Shown: positions 17,639 to 28,056, counted from the stretch's first letter. The stretch: 64,000 bases of DNA from an uncultured Rikenellaceae bacterium (GCA_964633195.1 CAZWFL010000010.1:21732-85731), one strand, 5' to 3'. A program made the numbers and translations. Notes: a model not told the origin generated them from the letters alone.

Positions 17639-19312
17639 ATGCAAGTAAAATATGTAATAGGAATTGATTATGGTACAGACTCTGTGAGGAGTGTCGTTGT
17701 CGATACATCAAACGGGAAAATCGTGGGAACTTCGGTTTTTGAGTACCCCAGGTGGAAAAAAGGCCTCTACTGCGACCCTGCCACCAATCAATTCCGCCAG
17801 CACCCGCTCGACTATATCGAAGGGCTTGAACAAACGGTAAAAAGCGCGCTGAGAGGCCTGCCCGGTGAAATCATCAATAATATAGCAGGTATTACGGTCG
17901 ATACTACAGGATCGACACCTGTCGCTGTTGACAAAGAAGGGACACCTCTCTCACTTAAAGGCGGGTTTGAAAATGATCCGGATGCAATGTTTATTCTCTG
18001 GAAAGATCATACTGCAGTAAGAGAAGCTGCTGAAATAAACGAGACAGCAAAAAACTGGGGAGGGACAGATTATACTAAATACGAGGGGGGTATCTATTCA
18101 TCGGAATGGTACTGGTCAAAAATCCTACACGTGTTACGGGTCAATGATAAAGTTCGTGAAGAAGCATGGTCGTGGGTGGAACACTGCGACTGGATCCCCG
18201 CTCTGCTGACGGGAATTACTGACCCGTTGATTATCAAAAGAAGCCGCTGTGCGGCAGGCCATAAGGCCATGTGGCACGAAGATTTCGAAGGCTTGCCATC
18301 CGAAGAGTTCCTGATAAGAATCGATCCGTTGCTTGCCGGCCTCCGACCGCGACTCTACACTGTAACACAAACCTGCGATGTAGCTGCCGGTACAATATCA
18401 GAGGAATGGGCAGAGAGACTGGGTGTGCCGTTATCCGTCAGGGTGGGAGTCGGAGCTTTCGATGCACACCTGGGAGCCGTTGGGGCAGAAATTAAACCCG
18501 ACTATCTGATTAAAGTTATGGGAACGTCAACCTGTGATATGCTTGTAGCTCCAATGGCAGATGCAGGAAATAAGCTTGTTGCAGGTATATGCGGCCAGGT
18601 TGACGGTTCAATTATCCCGGGAATGCTCGGACTTGAAGCCGGACAATCAGCCTTCGGAGATGTCTACGCATGGTACAGTAACCTGCTCATGTGGCCGGCA
18701 GAGGAGATCATATCACAGTTTGCCTGGCTGGATGAGGAAACAAAGGAAAGAATTAAGAATGAAACAGTTGCGAAGATAGTCCCTGAACTCAGCCGGCAGG
18801 CAGAAATGCTTACTGATGAAGAGGCCTCACTGACAGCTCTTGACTGGCTCAATGGCAGGCGGACTCCGGATGCCAACCAGGCTCTCAAGGGAGCAATAGC
18901 AGGTTTGTCCCTTGGATCAGATGCACCCAGGCTGTTTAAAGCCCTGGTCGAAGCAACGGCTTTCGGGTCAAAAATGATTAACGACCGATTTATTTCCGAA
19001 GGAATAAGAATCGACGGGGTTATAGCAACCGGTGGTGTTGCAAAAAAGAACCCCTATGTGATGCAGGTAGTTGCTGATGTGCTCAATATGCCGATCAGTG
19101 TTGCCAGGTCAGAACAGACCTGTGCCCTGGGATCTGCAATGGCAGCATCGGTTGTTGCAGGGATACATGAAAACATCAAAAAAGCCCAGGAAGCTATGGG
19201 AGCAGGATTTGAAAGGGAGTATCACCCCGACCCGGCAAAAGCCCAAAAATACCAGGCACTCTATGAAAGATACAGGAAGCTTGGCAGATTCATTGAGAAT
19301 GAAATGACTTAA
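17639..19312 (+). CDS. araB: Ribulokinase
   Basis: The track start is TTG 17615; ATG 17639 (MQVKYVIGIDYGTDS) fits FGGY N-termini. About 557 aa with ribulokinase-like length and motifs, located between araD and GH51. Confidence 0.9.
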   Translation: MQVKYVIGIDYGTDSVRSVVVDTSNGKIVGTSVFEYPRWKKGLYCDPATNQFRQHPLDYIEGLEQTVKSALRGLPGEIINNIAGITVDTTGSTPVAVDKEGTPLSLKGGFENDPDAMFILWKDHTAVREAAEINETAKNWGGTDYTKYEGGIYSSEWYWSKILHVLRVNDKVREEAWSWVEHCDWIPALLTGITDPLIIKRSRCAAGHKAMWHEDFEGLPSEEFLIRIDPLLAGLRPRLYTVTQTCDVAAGTISEEWAERLGVPLSVRVGVGAFDAHLGAVGAEIKPDYLIKVMGTSTCDMLVAPMADAGNKLVAGICGQVDGSIIPGMLGLEAGQSAFGDVYAWYSNLLMWPAEEIISQFAWLDEETKERIKNETVAKIVPELSRQAEMLTDEEASLTALDWLNGRRTPDANQALKGAIAGLSLGSDAPRLFKALVEATAFGSKMINDRFISEGIRIDGVIATGGVAKKNPYVMQVVADVLNMPISVARSEQTCALGSAMAASVVAGIHENIKKAQEAMGAGFEREYHPDPAKAQKYQALYERYRKLGRFIENEMT

Positions 19313-19332
19313 ACCAATAATTATTATCCGAA

Positions 19333-20901
19333 ATGCGCAAAACACTTATTTTTACTCTGGCCTCCCTTTTTCTGGTATGCTTTTTCAGCGGAACACAGAA
19401 AGAGAACCCCGCAACTGTAAATCAGCTAGTGGTTGTGGCAAATAATCCGGGACCGGTTATAAGCAAGGACATCTACGGCCATTTCTCGGAACATCTGGGA
19501 TCATGCATCTACGGAGGAATTTGGGTTGGCCCCGATTCCAAAATTCCCAATACATACGGAATAAGGAACGATGTTCTTTATGCATTAAGAGAGATTAAGG
19601 TACCTAACCTGAGGTGGCCCGGAGGCTGCTTTGCCGATACCTATCACTGGAAAGACGGCATCGGTCCCCAGGAAAAGCGCGCCTCGATTGTCAATACTCA
19701 CTGGGGTGGCGTGACCGAGGATAACTCTTTCGGTACTCATGAATTCATGAAGCTGACTGAACTGCTTGATTGTGATGCCTATATTAACGGCAATGTAGGA
19801 TCAGGCACCGTGCAGGAAATGGCAGAATGGGTTGAGTATCTTACTTCAGATTCAGACAGCCCGATGACACGGCTAAGGAAGGAAAACGGACGCGAGGAGC
19901 CCTGGAAGGTGAGATACTTTGCCATAGGTAATGAGAACTGGGGTTGCGGAGGCAACATGACTGCTGAATTCTATACTAATGTCATGAGACAATACTCGAC
20001 GTACCTCAATAATTACGGAAAAAACCGTCTTTACCGGGTGGCTTGCGGTCCGTATGATTATAATTTTGACTGGACCGAGACTTTAATGAAGGATGGTTCA
20101 ACAAGAAACAGGTTTCAGGGTTTGTCGATCCACTACTACTCTCTTGTTGACGGATGGAACAATAAGGGATCCGCGACCGAATTCGGTGAGCGGGAATGGT
20201 TCCAGACAATGCGGTCAAACCTTCAGATGGATCCTATAATCAAAGGCCATAAGGCCATAATGGACCGCTATGATCCTCAGAAAACGAAGGGACTTGTGGT
20301 TGACGAATGGGGTAACTGGTTTGACGTTGAGCCCGGTACCAATCCGGGGTTTCTGTATCAGCAGAACACGATCAGGGATGCCGTTACCACTGCCATTCAC
20401 CTTAACATCTTCAATCAGCATGCCGACAGGGTGAAGGTCGCCAATCTTGCCCAGATGGTTAACGTCCTTCAGGCTGTTATACTTACGGAGGATGATAAGA
20501 TGGTGCTCACTCCAACATATCATGCCTTCAGGATGTTCAGGGTCCATCAGGAGGCTCAGCTGCTGCATACCGACCTCCGTTGCGAGGATTATGTGTTCAA
20601 TGACAGGAGGATACCGGCCATTTCAGCTTCAGCATCGGTTGACAGTGAAGGCAAAGTGCATGTTTCGATAGCAAACCTGAATCCCAACAAACAAATTACT
20701 CTTACATGCCCGGTGATAGGTGAAACATACAAAAGAGTGACCGGTGAGGTTCTTACTGCAAACGAAATTAATGCCTTTAACAGCTTTGAAGAGCCCGAAA
20801 CCGTCAAACCAGAAAATTTCAGTAACTTTACCTATAAGAATGGCGTACTCACTGTAAATATGCCTGCTAAATCAGTTGTGGTTCTGGAACTTATAAAATA
20901 A
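19333..20901 (+). CDS. Alpha-L-arabinofuranosidase, GH51-like, secreted
   Basis: 522 aa with a signal peptide. LRWPGGCFAD and the acid/base motif GNENWGCGG typical of GH51. Confidence 0.85.
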   Translation: MRKTLIFTLASLFLVCFFSGTQKENPATVNQLVVVANNPGPVISKDIYGHFSEHLGSCIYGGIWVGPDSKIPNTYGIRNDVLYALREIKVPNLRWPGGCFADTYHWKDGIGPQEKRASIVNTHWGGVTEDNSFGTHEFMKLTELLDCDAYINGNVGSGTVQEMAEWVEYLTSDSDSPMTRLRKENGREEPWKVRYFAIGNENWGCGGNMTAEFYTNVMRQYSTYLNNYGKNRLYRVACGPYDYNFDWTETLMKDGSTRNRFQGLSIHYYSLVDGWNNKGSATEFGEREWFQTMRSNLQMDPIIKGHKAIMDRYDPQKTKGLVVDEWGNWFDVEPGTNPGFLYQQNTIRDAVTTAIHLNIFNQHADRVKVANLAQMVNVLQAVILTEDDKMVLTPTYHAFRMFRVHQEAQLLHTDLRCEDYVFNDRRIPAISASASVDSEGKVHVSIANLNPNKQITLTCPVIGETYKRVTGEVLTANEINAFNSFEEPETVKPENFSNFTYKNGVLTVNMPAKSVVVLELIK

Positions 20902-20906
20902 TTCCT

Positions 20907-23330
20907 ATGATGAACAAGTTCACAAAGGCAACAATTCTGATTGCCGGTTTTGCTTTGCTGGGTGTGAGTTGTATCAGAAAACCGCTATCGGAAGAGGATT
21001 ATCCGATAAGACCTGTTCCCTTTACTTCCGTTAAGCTGACCGACAATTTCTGGGCCCCGCGGATACAGAAAAATGCATCGGTAACTATCCCCATCGCTTT
21101 CGGATACTGTGAGTCAACAGGAAGAGTAAGGAATTTTGAGATAGCCGGAGGACTTGATACCGGCAAATTTCAGACTATCTATCCTTTTGACGATTCTGAT
21201 GTCTTCAAGATCATCGAGGGCGCAAGCTATTCCCTCCGGACCTTTCCAGATCAGGAGCTTGAAGCATACCTCGATACTCTGATATGGAAGATCGGCCTTG
21301 CACAGGAGGATGACGGTTACCTGTATACCAACCGGACAATAGCAGATATGCACGGAGGTGCCGGCCTTCATGAGTGGGCAAGTAAAAACAGATGGGAACT
21401 CGACACTCTCCTCAGCCATGAACTCTACAATATTGGCCATCTCTATGAGGCTGCAGTAGCCCATTACCAGGCGACAGGCAAGAGGACACTTCTCGATATT
21501 GCCATAAAATCGGCTGATCTGGTGTACAATGATTTCTGGCCGGATAAACTGGACTATTATCCGGGTCATCAGGTCATTGAAATGGGCCTTGTTAAGATGT
21601 ACAGGGTGACAGGTAACAGAAAATATCTTGACCTGGCCAGGTACTTCCTGGATATCAGGGGACCCAACGGCCCCCAGTATTGTCAGGCACATCAAAGGGT
21701 TGTTGACCAGACTGAAGCGGTAGGCCATTCGGTAAGGGCCACCTATATGTACTCCGGAATGGCAGATATCGCAGCAATTGAAAAGGATGAAGCCTATCTG
21801 AATGCGATCACAAAGATATGGGAGGATATAGTCTACAGAAAGATGTATGTTACGGGAGGTATAGGAGCCACAGGGGGCAATGAGGGCTTTGCAGGGCCGT
21901 ATGTGTTGCCCAACATGAGCGCCTATTGCGAAACGTGCGCTTCAATAGGAAATATTTTTACGAACCACAGGCTCTTTCTGCTTCACGGAGAGGGGAAATA
22001 TATCGATATTCTCGAAAAAACTCTCTATAACTCGATGCTTTCGGGTGTTGCCCTTTCAGCCGACCGCTTCTTTTATCCCAACCCGCTCGAATCGAATGGC
22101 CAGCATGAGCGCCAGGCCTGGTTCGGGTGTGCATGCTGTCCGTCGAACATCGCAAGATTTGTTCCTGATATTCCCGGTTATATTTATGCATCAACTGGCA
22201 GGGAACTCTACATCAATCTTTATATGTCGAATACCGCGGAAGTTGCGGTTGGCAATGATCTCGTTGAGATTACCCAAACTGCAGATTTCCCCTGGAATGG
22301 CAAGGTCGGCATAATGGTCCGTCCTGAATCAGCCGGGAAATTTACCCTTAAGCTTCGTATTCCCGGATGGGTTGTAAACGAAGCCATACCTGGAGACCTT
22401 TACAGGTTTGATGATCAGATCGATGAAAAATTCTCTATTGTTGTCAACGGAGAGACGCCCGAATTCCCGGTTGAGAACGGGTACGCTGTGATTGAAAGGA
22501 GATGGGAGAAAGGAGACAGGGTAGAGATTGATTTTCCAATGCCTGTAAGGAGTATATCTGCTGATGAACGCATTGAAGACGACAGGGGTAAGATAGCAGT
22601 TCAACGCGGCCCGGTAATATATTGTGCAGAATGGCCCGATAACAACACGGGGAATGTTCTTAATCTTGTCATAGACAGAAATGCAGGATTTAGCACTGAA
22701 TATGTTTCTGATATGCTGGGAGGTGCTCAGGTAATCCGTACAAAGGGAACGCAAACCAGGAGAATGATTGGAGATGAGCCGGTTATGATATATGAGGAGG
22801 AAGATATTTCGCTGATACCTTATGCTTTATGGAACAACCGCGGTCCGGGGCAGATGATGGTGTGGTTGCCTGTTACTCCCGAGAGTGCCAAACCTCTTCC
22901 GGCCCCGACCATTGCTTACCGCAGCAAGATAAGGGCAAGCAAAGTGACGAGAGCTCTTTCCGCTATAAACGACCAGAACGAACCAAAGAGCTCGAACGAC
23001 CGTTCCGTACCCTATTATCACTGGTGGCCCGACAGGGACCGGTGGGATTTCGTACAGTACGATTTTGACAGACCTCAGACAATCTCAAAAACGAAAGTAT
23101 ACTGGTTCGATGACGGTCCCGAGGGAGGCTGCAGGATCCCCGATGAGTGGGAACTGCTTTACCTGTCAGGGAATATGTGGCAACCTGTGAATGCAAGGAG
23201 ACCCTACACGATTACTAAAGACGGTTGGGACCACCTGGAATTCACTCCTGTAAGAGCATCTGCAGTCAAACTGAAGGTTAAGCTTAATAAGGATTTCTCA
23301 TCGGGGATCTACGAATGGGTTGTTGAGTAA
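20907..23330 (+). CDS. GH127 (DUF1680) beta-L-arabinofuranosidase-like protein with a C-terminal discoidin-like domain
   Basis: 807 aa. Cys/Glu zinc-site motifs as in HypBA1-type GH127: AYCETCAS and GCACCPSN. The C-terminal ~105 aa (about 23013-23327) form an accessory beta-sandwich-like domain. Confidence 0.85.
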   Translation: MMNKFTKATILIAGFALLGVSCIRKPLSEEDYPIRPVPFTSVKLTDNFWAPRIQKNASVTIPIAFGYCESTGRVRNFEIAGGLDTGKFQTIYPFDDSDVFKIIEGASYSLRTFPDQELEAYLDTLIWKIGLAQEDDGYLYTNRTIADMHGGAGLHEWASKNRWELDTLLSHELYNIGHLYEAAVAHYQATGKRTLLDIAIKSADLVYNDFWPDKLDYYPGHQVIEMGLVKMYRVTGNRKYLDLARYFLDIRGPNGPQYCQAHQRVVDQTEAVGHSVRATYMYSGMADIAAIEKDEAYLNAITKIWEDIVYRKMYVTGGIGATGGNEGFAGPYVLPNMSAYCETCASIGNIFTNHRLFLLHGEGKYIDILEKTLYNSMLSGVALSADRFFYPNPLESNGQHERQAWFGCACCPSNIARFVPDIPGYIYASTGRELYINLYMSNTAEVAVGNDLVEITQTADFPWNGKVGIMVRPESAGKFTLKLRIPGWVVNEAIPGDLYRFDDQIDEKFSIVVNGETPEFPVENGYAVIERRWEKGDRVEIDFPMPVRSISADERIEDDRGKIAVQRGPVIYCAEWPDNNTGNVLNLVIDRNAGFSTEYVSDMLGGAQVIRTKGTQTRRMIGDEPVMIYEEEDISLIPYALWNNRGPGQMMVWLPVTPESAKPLPAPTIAYRSKIRASKVTRALSAINDQNEPKSSNDRSVPYYHWWPDRDRWDFVQYDFDRPQTISKTKVYWFDDGPEGGCRIPDEWELLYLSGNMWQPVNARRPYTITKDGWDHLEFTPVRASAVKLKVKLNKDFSSGIYEWVVE

Positions 23331-23367
23331 TAATAGAAGCACTTTCTTTAAAGCATAATTTGTAAGA

Positions 23368-26067
23368 ATGAAATCAAAAATCCTATGTACCATCGTTGTG
23401 TTTCTGGCCATAGCAATGATTTCCGGTCAGATCGTTAATGCACAGTCTGCGCGCAGGAACCTTGCTTTAGTGGCAGATGCCTCAGGATCATTGCGCATCG
23501 GTGCATCATTCAATACACTGAATGACGGAGTGACACCCGTCAATACAGGCCCGATGCGCGCAGGAGCCCAGCGACAGCCTCAAAGGCTTACCACACAATG
23601 GGTGCAGTACGAATGGATACAGCCTGTAATGACCGGCGAGGTTGCCGTTTTCTGGTGGAACTTTGAGAACTCTGTAAAGCTGCCTGAAGTCTACAGGATA
23701 CAATACTGGGACGGCAGTAATTTTATAGATGTTAAAAATGCGTCCGGACTGGGCCTTGAGAATAACCGTTTCAACATTACAACCTTCGACCCTGTTCAGA
23801 CAACCATACTGCGTCTTGAGGCCGATTCAGTTGACAGGTCGCTGGCAACAATTCTGGAATGGAGGGTAATACAGGCCGCAGGTTCACCCGATCATCCTCC
23901 TGTTGTTAATGCAGGAGTGGATCGTTGTGTAATGGTTGGCGGGAGGACCTGGCTTTCTCCGGCGATTAAGTCAGTCAGTCAGGTGTCTGAGACATTATGG
24001 ACTAAAAAATCAGGACCCGGAAGCGTAACATTTGCGAATCCCGGAACAATGAATACAACGGCCATATTCTCAATCCCCGGGGATTATATCCTGACCCTGA
24101 CAGCCCATGAGGGAGCACTCTCTTCCTCATCATCACTTGGTGTGCAGGTGACAGAGCCTCCGAAAGAGGCAAGACTGGATGTGGTCTATACAAAGAAATA
24201 CAGGATTGACAACCCTTTGTGGGACGACAGGGCAAAAGCTATAATCGTGAACTGGATACCCTGGTGCATAGATCAGATTAACCGCGACACCCTCAAACTG
24301 GGTCCCGGGGGGTTGGATAATTTCATTGAGGCGGGCAAGGCACTCAGGGGAGAACCCCATGGCAGGCACAAGGGATACGTGTTCTCAAACGCCTGGGTTT
24401 ATCAGACAATCGAATCGATGAGCATTGCGCTAATGATCGATGCAAAAGGCGACAGGGAAATTATAGCTGCCCAGGAGAAAATGAAGAGGACGATAGAGGA
24501 GTGGATACCGATCATACTGGCAGCCCAGGAACCCGACGGGTACATACAGACAGCCTTCACCCTGAGGGATACAACACGCTGGAAAGAAAGGTGGGCTCCT
24601 GCAACACGGGCTAACCACGAAGGATATGTAGCGGGTTATTTCATCGAGTCGGCAATCAACCATTATACTCTTACCGAAGGGAAGGACAGACGGCTTTACG
24701 ATGCTGCCAAAAAACTCTCCGACTGCTGGGTGGCAAACATTGGTCCGGGCAGGAAAGAGTGGTGGGATGGCCATCAGGAGATGGAACAGGCGCTGGTGCG
24801 TTTCGGACGTTTCGTGAACGATATGGAGGGTAACGGCAAGGGCGACGATTATATAGCACTTGCAAAATTCCTTCTCGACTGCCGCCAGGGAGGAAGGGAA
24901 TATGACCAGAGCCATGTGCCTGTCCAGCAACAGTATGAAGCGGTCGGGCATGCAGTGCGTGCAGTGTACAGCTATTCAGCAATGGCCGACGTGGCAGCCG
25001 AAACGGGAGACACCGACTATCAGAGTGCAGTGATGTCCCTTTGGGATAACATGGTAAACAAAAAGTACTATGTAGCAGGAGGTGTGGGAAGCGGTGAAAC
25101 ATCAGAAGGTTTCGGTCCCAACTACTCACTCCGGAACAACGCTTACTGCGAGTCATGCTCCAGCTGCGGCCTGATATTCTTCCAGTACAAGATGAACCTG
25201 GCCTATCACGATGCTAAATATGCCGACCTCTATGAGGAAACGATGTATAATGCCCTTCTTGGTTCTCTGGATCTTGAAGGAAAGAATTTCTATTATACCA
25301 ATGCGCTTAATTCAGCCCAGTCGCGTTACCAGTGGCATGTATGTCCATGTTGCGTTGGAAATATCCCGCGGACGCTTCTTATGATACCCACCTGGACCTA
25401 TGTAAAGGGCAGTGACGGGATCTATGTTAACCTGTTCATCGGTAGTACTATCAATGTTGAAAATGTTGCCGGAACTGACGTAGAGATGGTACAGAAGACA
25501 GACTACCCATGGAACGGCAAAGTCTCAATTACTGTTAATCCGAAAAAGAAGAAGAAATTTACGCTTCATGTTCGGGTACCTGACCGGACGACAAGTAAAC
25601 TCTACACACACACACCGTCTGTTAAGGGGCTAAAGTCTCTCTTTGTGAACGGGAAGCCGGTTAATCAGAATATTGTAAACGGTTATGCACAGATCACACG
25701 AAAATGGAAAAAAGGGGACATGGTCGAATTTGAGATACCAATGGAAGTACAGACAATTACGGCAGATGAGAGGATTGAAGCTGACAGAGGAAGGATAGCT
25801 ATGCGCTACGGGCCGCTGATATACAATGTTGAGAAGGCCGATCAACCTGATATAGATAAGTATTTCGGCACGGCACCTCTTCAGGCAAAATGGCGCCCCG
25901 ATTTGCTGAATGGTGTAATGGTAATAGAAGGAAAATGGGAAGACGGAACCCCGCTGGTGGCAATCCCAAATTTCGTAAGGAATAACAGGAATGCAGTGAG
26001 ATCAACATACAGTCCGCAACGGGCCGAACCGGAAGAGGGTTCGATAGTGTGGATAAGAAAAAAGTAG
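23368..26067 (+). CDS. GH127 (DUF1680) family protein with an N-terminal discoidin-like plus Ig-like extension
   Basis: 899 aa. Motifs AYCESCSS and VCPCCVGN are conserved. An extra N-terminal ~270 aa precedes the DUF1680 core. Confidence 0.8.
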   Translation: MKSKILCTIVVFLAIAMISGQIVNAQSARRNLALVADASGSLRIGASFNTLNDGVTPVNTGPMRAGAQRQPQRLTTQWVQYEWIQPVMTGEVAVFWWNFENSVKLPEVYRIQYWDGSNFIDVKNASGLGLENNRFNITTFDPVQTTILRLEADSVDRSLATILEWRVIQAAGSPDHPPVVNAGVDRCVMVGGRTWLSPAIKSVSQVSETLWTKKSGPGSVTFANPGTMNTTAIFSIPGDYILTLTAHEGALSSSSSLGVQVTEPPKEARLDVVYTKKYRIDNPLWDDRAKAIIVNWIPWCIDQINRDTLKLGPGGLDNFIEAGKALRGEPHGRHKGYVFSNAWVYQTIESMSIALMIDAKGDREIIAAQEKMKRTIEEWIPIILAAQEPDGYIQTAFTLRDTTRWKERWAPATRANHEGYVAGYFIESAINHYTLTEGKDRRLYDAAKKLSDCWVANIGPGRKEWWDGHQEMEQALVRFGRFVNDMEGNGKGDDYIALAKFLLDCRQGGREYDQSHVPVQQQYEAVGHAVRAVYSYSAMADVAAETGDTDYQSAVMSLWDNMVNKKYYVAGGVGSGETSEGFGPNYSLRNNAYCESCSSCGLIFFQYKMNLAYHDAKYADLYEETMYNALLGSLDLEGKNFYYTNALNSAQSRYQWHVCPCCVGNIPRTLLMIPTWTYVKGSDGIYVNLFIGSTINVENVAGTDVEMVQKTDYPWNGKVSITVNPKKKKKFTLHVRVPDRTTSKLYTHTPSVKGLKSLFVNGKPVNQNIVNGYAQITRKWKKGDMVEFEIPMEVQTITADERIEADRGRIAMRYGPLIYNVEKADQPDIDKYFGTAPLQAKWRPDLLNGVMVIEGKWEDGTPLVAIPNFVRNNRNAVRSTYSPQRAEPEEGSIVWIRKK

Positions 26068-26082
26068 ACTAATCCGGAGGGT

Positions 26083-28056
26083 ATGGATGAAAGAAGACTG
26101 CTGAATTATACACAATATATACTCGCCGGGCTATTCTGTGCCGGAATCTTTGTCTTTTTTGCCTTTCTCTATAACCATCACCTGCACTTTGCCGAACAGA
26201 TACAGCTTTTCCTTCTGACAGGCGATTATTTCATTTCAAAGATGTCAATCCAGGGAGGCTTCTCGGGTTACCTGGGGGAATTCCTTACCCAGTTTTATTA
26301 TCTTCCCTTTACAGGACCGCTTATACTCACTCTGCTTATCCTTGCAGTGCAACAACTGGTATGGCGCATTATTCGCAGGGTACGACCTGATACTCTTTTC
26401 TTTCCGCTCTCTTTTATCCCTGCCCTCTGGTGTGCCATGATAATGTGCAATGAGTTTTATCCTCTTTCAGCAGTAACGGGATATATCATCGGGCTGATGG
26501 CAGGATGGTTTTTCATCAGCATAAGGAACGGCAGTCACAGATTTTACTCGGGTCTTTTACTGCTTCCGGCAGTTTACTGGCTGGCCGGGGGAGCATATTT
26601 GATGCTGTTTTCAATTATCATTGTTTTTGAGATAACTGTTAGACAGAAGACGGAAGACGGAAGACGGAAGACGGAAGACGGAAGACAGAAGACGGAAGAC
26701 GGAAGACAGAAGACGGAAGACGGAAGATCGGAGCGAAGCGGAGATTCCGCACAAGCGGAACAGAAGACGGAAGACGGAAGAAAGAAAGAAGGGGGTGAAA
26801 GGCAGATCACGACCTTGCAGGATTGGATACTAAGGTCAGGATATTTTATACTGCTTCCGATAATTGCAGTGGTGATTCCTTTTATCGTAAAACATTATAT
26901 AGTGATGCAGCCATTGATGCCTGCCGTCATGAGCGAATACTATCATAACATTCTTACTGTTTTGCCGGTGCCGGTTGTTGCTCTCTTCAGCATGCCCGCA
27001 ATGCTAATGCTTGCAGTCCGGCTGATCAGAATAAATGAAAAACTTACCAGACATGCTCTTGTAATTCAGACTGCTGGCCTTCTGCTATTCACCTGGATCG
27101 GCTTCAGGATATGGGCAGACTTCAGTGCCGAAGCTATAATGAAGTATGACTACCTGGTAAGGAATGAGCGGTGGAGTGACGTGATTAAGCTTGCTGACAA
27201 CAAGCCTCCGCGCAACTGGCTGTCGCTGGCAATGCTGAACCTCTCGCTGGCAAAAACCGGACAGCTCGGAAACAAAATGTTCACTTATGACCAGAGGGGA
27301 GTGAGCGGGCTCTTTCTGCCTTTTGCCAGGGAGTATGTTGCACCCATGATGGGGAACGAGATATTCTATCACCTTTCCCTCACCAATGCTTCACAGCACT
27401 ATTCTTTTGAAAGCATGGAGACGATCCCCAATCATAACAAATCGGTAAGGATGATCAAACGGCTTGCAGAGACAAATCTGATAAATGGTAATTACGGAAC
27501 ATCAGAGAAATATCTTAAACTGCTGGAGAAGACCATTTTCTACAGTAAGTGGGCAAAGGAGACGCGAACATATCTGTATGATGATAATCGCATTGCTGCC
27601 CACCCGGTTTATGGAGAGAAACGGAAGTTTGCCGTCAGAAATGATTATTTCTTTCATGTACTGAATATGGAGGCAGTATTGCACCGGATGATTAGAGAAA
27701 ATCCCGATAACAGGATGGCTTTTGAATATCTTATGGCATTCTACCTTATAAACAAGGATCTCCGGAATTTTTCAGGGCTGGTTCCTCAACTGGAAAAAAT
27801 GAATTACCGGGAGATCCCCATATCATATCAGGAAGCGATGCTCTATATTATCGGACTTACGACAACCGATCCCTTTTCTGCTGCACCTTCGTATATAAAT
27901 GCAAATGTCAGGAACAGGATGAAGGCTTTTGCCGATATTTATACAAAATATCCCGAGCCGGAAGAAAGATTAAGACGCCATTATCCCGACACATACTGGT
28001 ATTTTCTTCATTTTGGTGAGACCGAAGGCCGGCAGTTGGGAGACAGAACAAATTGA
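26083..28056 (+). CDS. DUF6057-like polytopic membrane protein with a C-terminal soluble domain; carries an internal tandem-repeat insert
   Basis: 657 aa. The N-terminal half has multiple TM helices. The loop insert reads QKTEDGRRKTEDGRQKTEDGRQKTEDGR...QKTEDGRKKEGGE. The family call rests on overall resemblance. Confidence 0.55.
   Translation: MDERRLLNYTQYILAGLFCAGIFVFFAFLYNHHLHFAEQIQLFLLTGDYFISKMSIQGGFSGYLGEFLTQFYYLPFTGPLILTLLILAVQQLVWRIIRRVRPDTLFFPLSFIPALWCAMIMCNEFYPLSAVTGYIIGLMAGWFFISIRNGSHRFYSGLLLLPAVYWLAGGAYLMLFSIIIVFEITVRQKTEDGRRKTEDGRQKTEDGRQKTEDGRSERSGDSAQAEQKTEDGRKKEGGERQITTLQDWILRSGYFILLPIIAVVIPFIVKHYIVMQPLMPAVMSEYYHNILTVLPVPVVALFSMPAMLMLAVRLIRINEKLTRHALVIQTAGLLLFTWIGFRIWADFSAEAIMKYDYLVRNERWSDVIKLADNKPPRNWLSLAMLNLSLAKTGQLGNKMFTYDQRGVSGLFLPFAREYVAPMMGNEIFYHLSLTNASQHYSFESMETIPNHNKSVRMIKRLAETNLINGNYGTSEKYLKLLEKTIFYSKWAKETRTYLYDDNRIAAHPVYGEKRKFAVRNDYFFHVLNMEAVLHRMIRENPDNRMAFEYLMAFYLINKDLRNFSGLVPQLEKMNYREIPISYQEAMLYIIGLTTTDPFSAAPSYINANVRNRMKAFADIYTKYPEPEERLRRHYPDTYWYFLHFGETEGRQLGDRTN
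26646..26729. repeat. Heptanucleotide tandem repeat (gaagacg/gaagaca) x12 inside a CDS, in frame
   Basis: Units start at 26646 and recur every 7 nt: g,g,g,g,g,a,g,g,a,g,g,tc variants at the unit end. A higher-order 21-nt period gives the 7-aa KTEDGR(Q/R) repeat. A second short block lies at 26763-26783. Confidence 0.9.

Noticed and set aside
21114-21728. Long antisense ORFs inside well-supported genes (for example 21114..21728, 34422..35042, 45564..46169, 6400..6948, 24430..25156, 22329..22754, 52832..53245)
   Set aside because: Each is fully embedded opposite a gene with clear family motifs. Their translations are low-complexity or Cys/Arg-rich with no recognisable domains, so they are typical shadow ORFs.
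26574-26810. 78-aa minus-strand ORF (LPSSVFC repeats)
   Set aside because: It is the reverse-strand reading of the heptanucleotide repeat inside the DUF6057 gene, so it is a shadow ORF.
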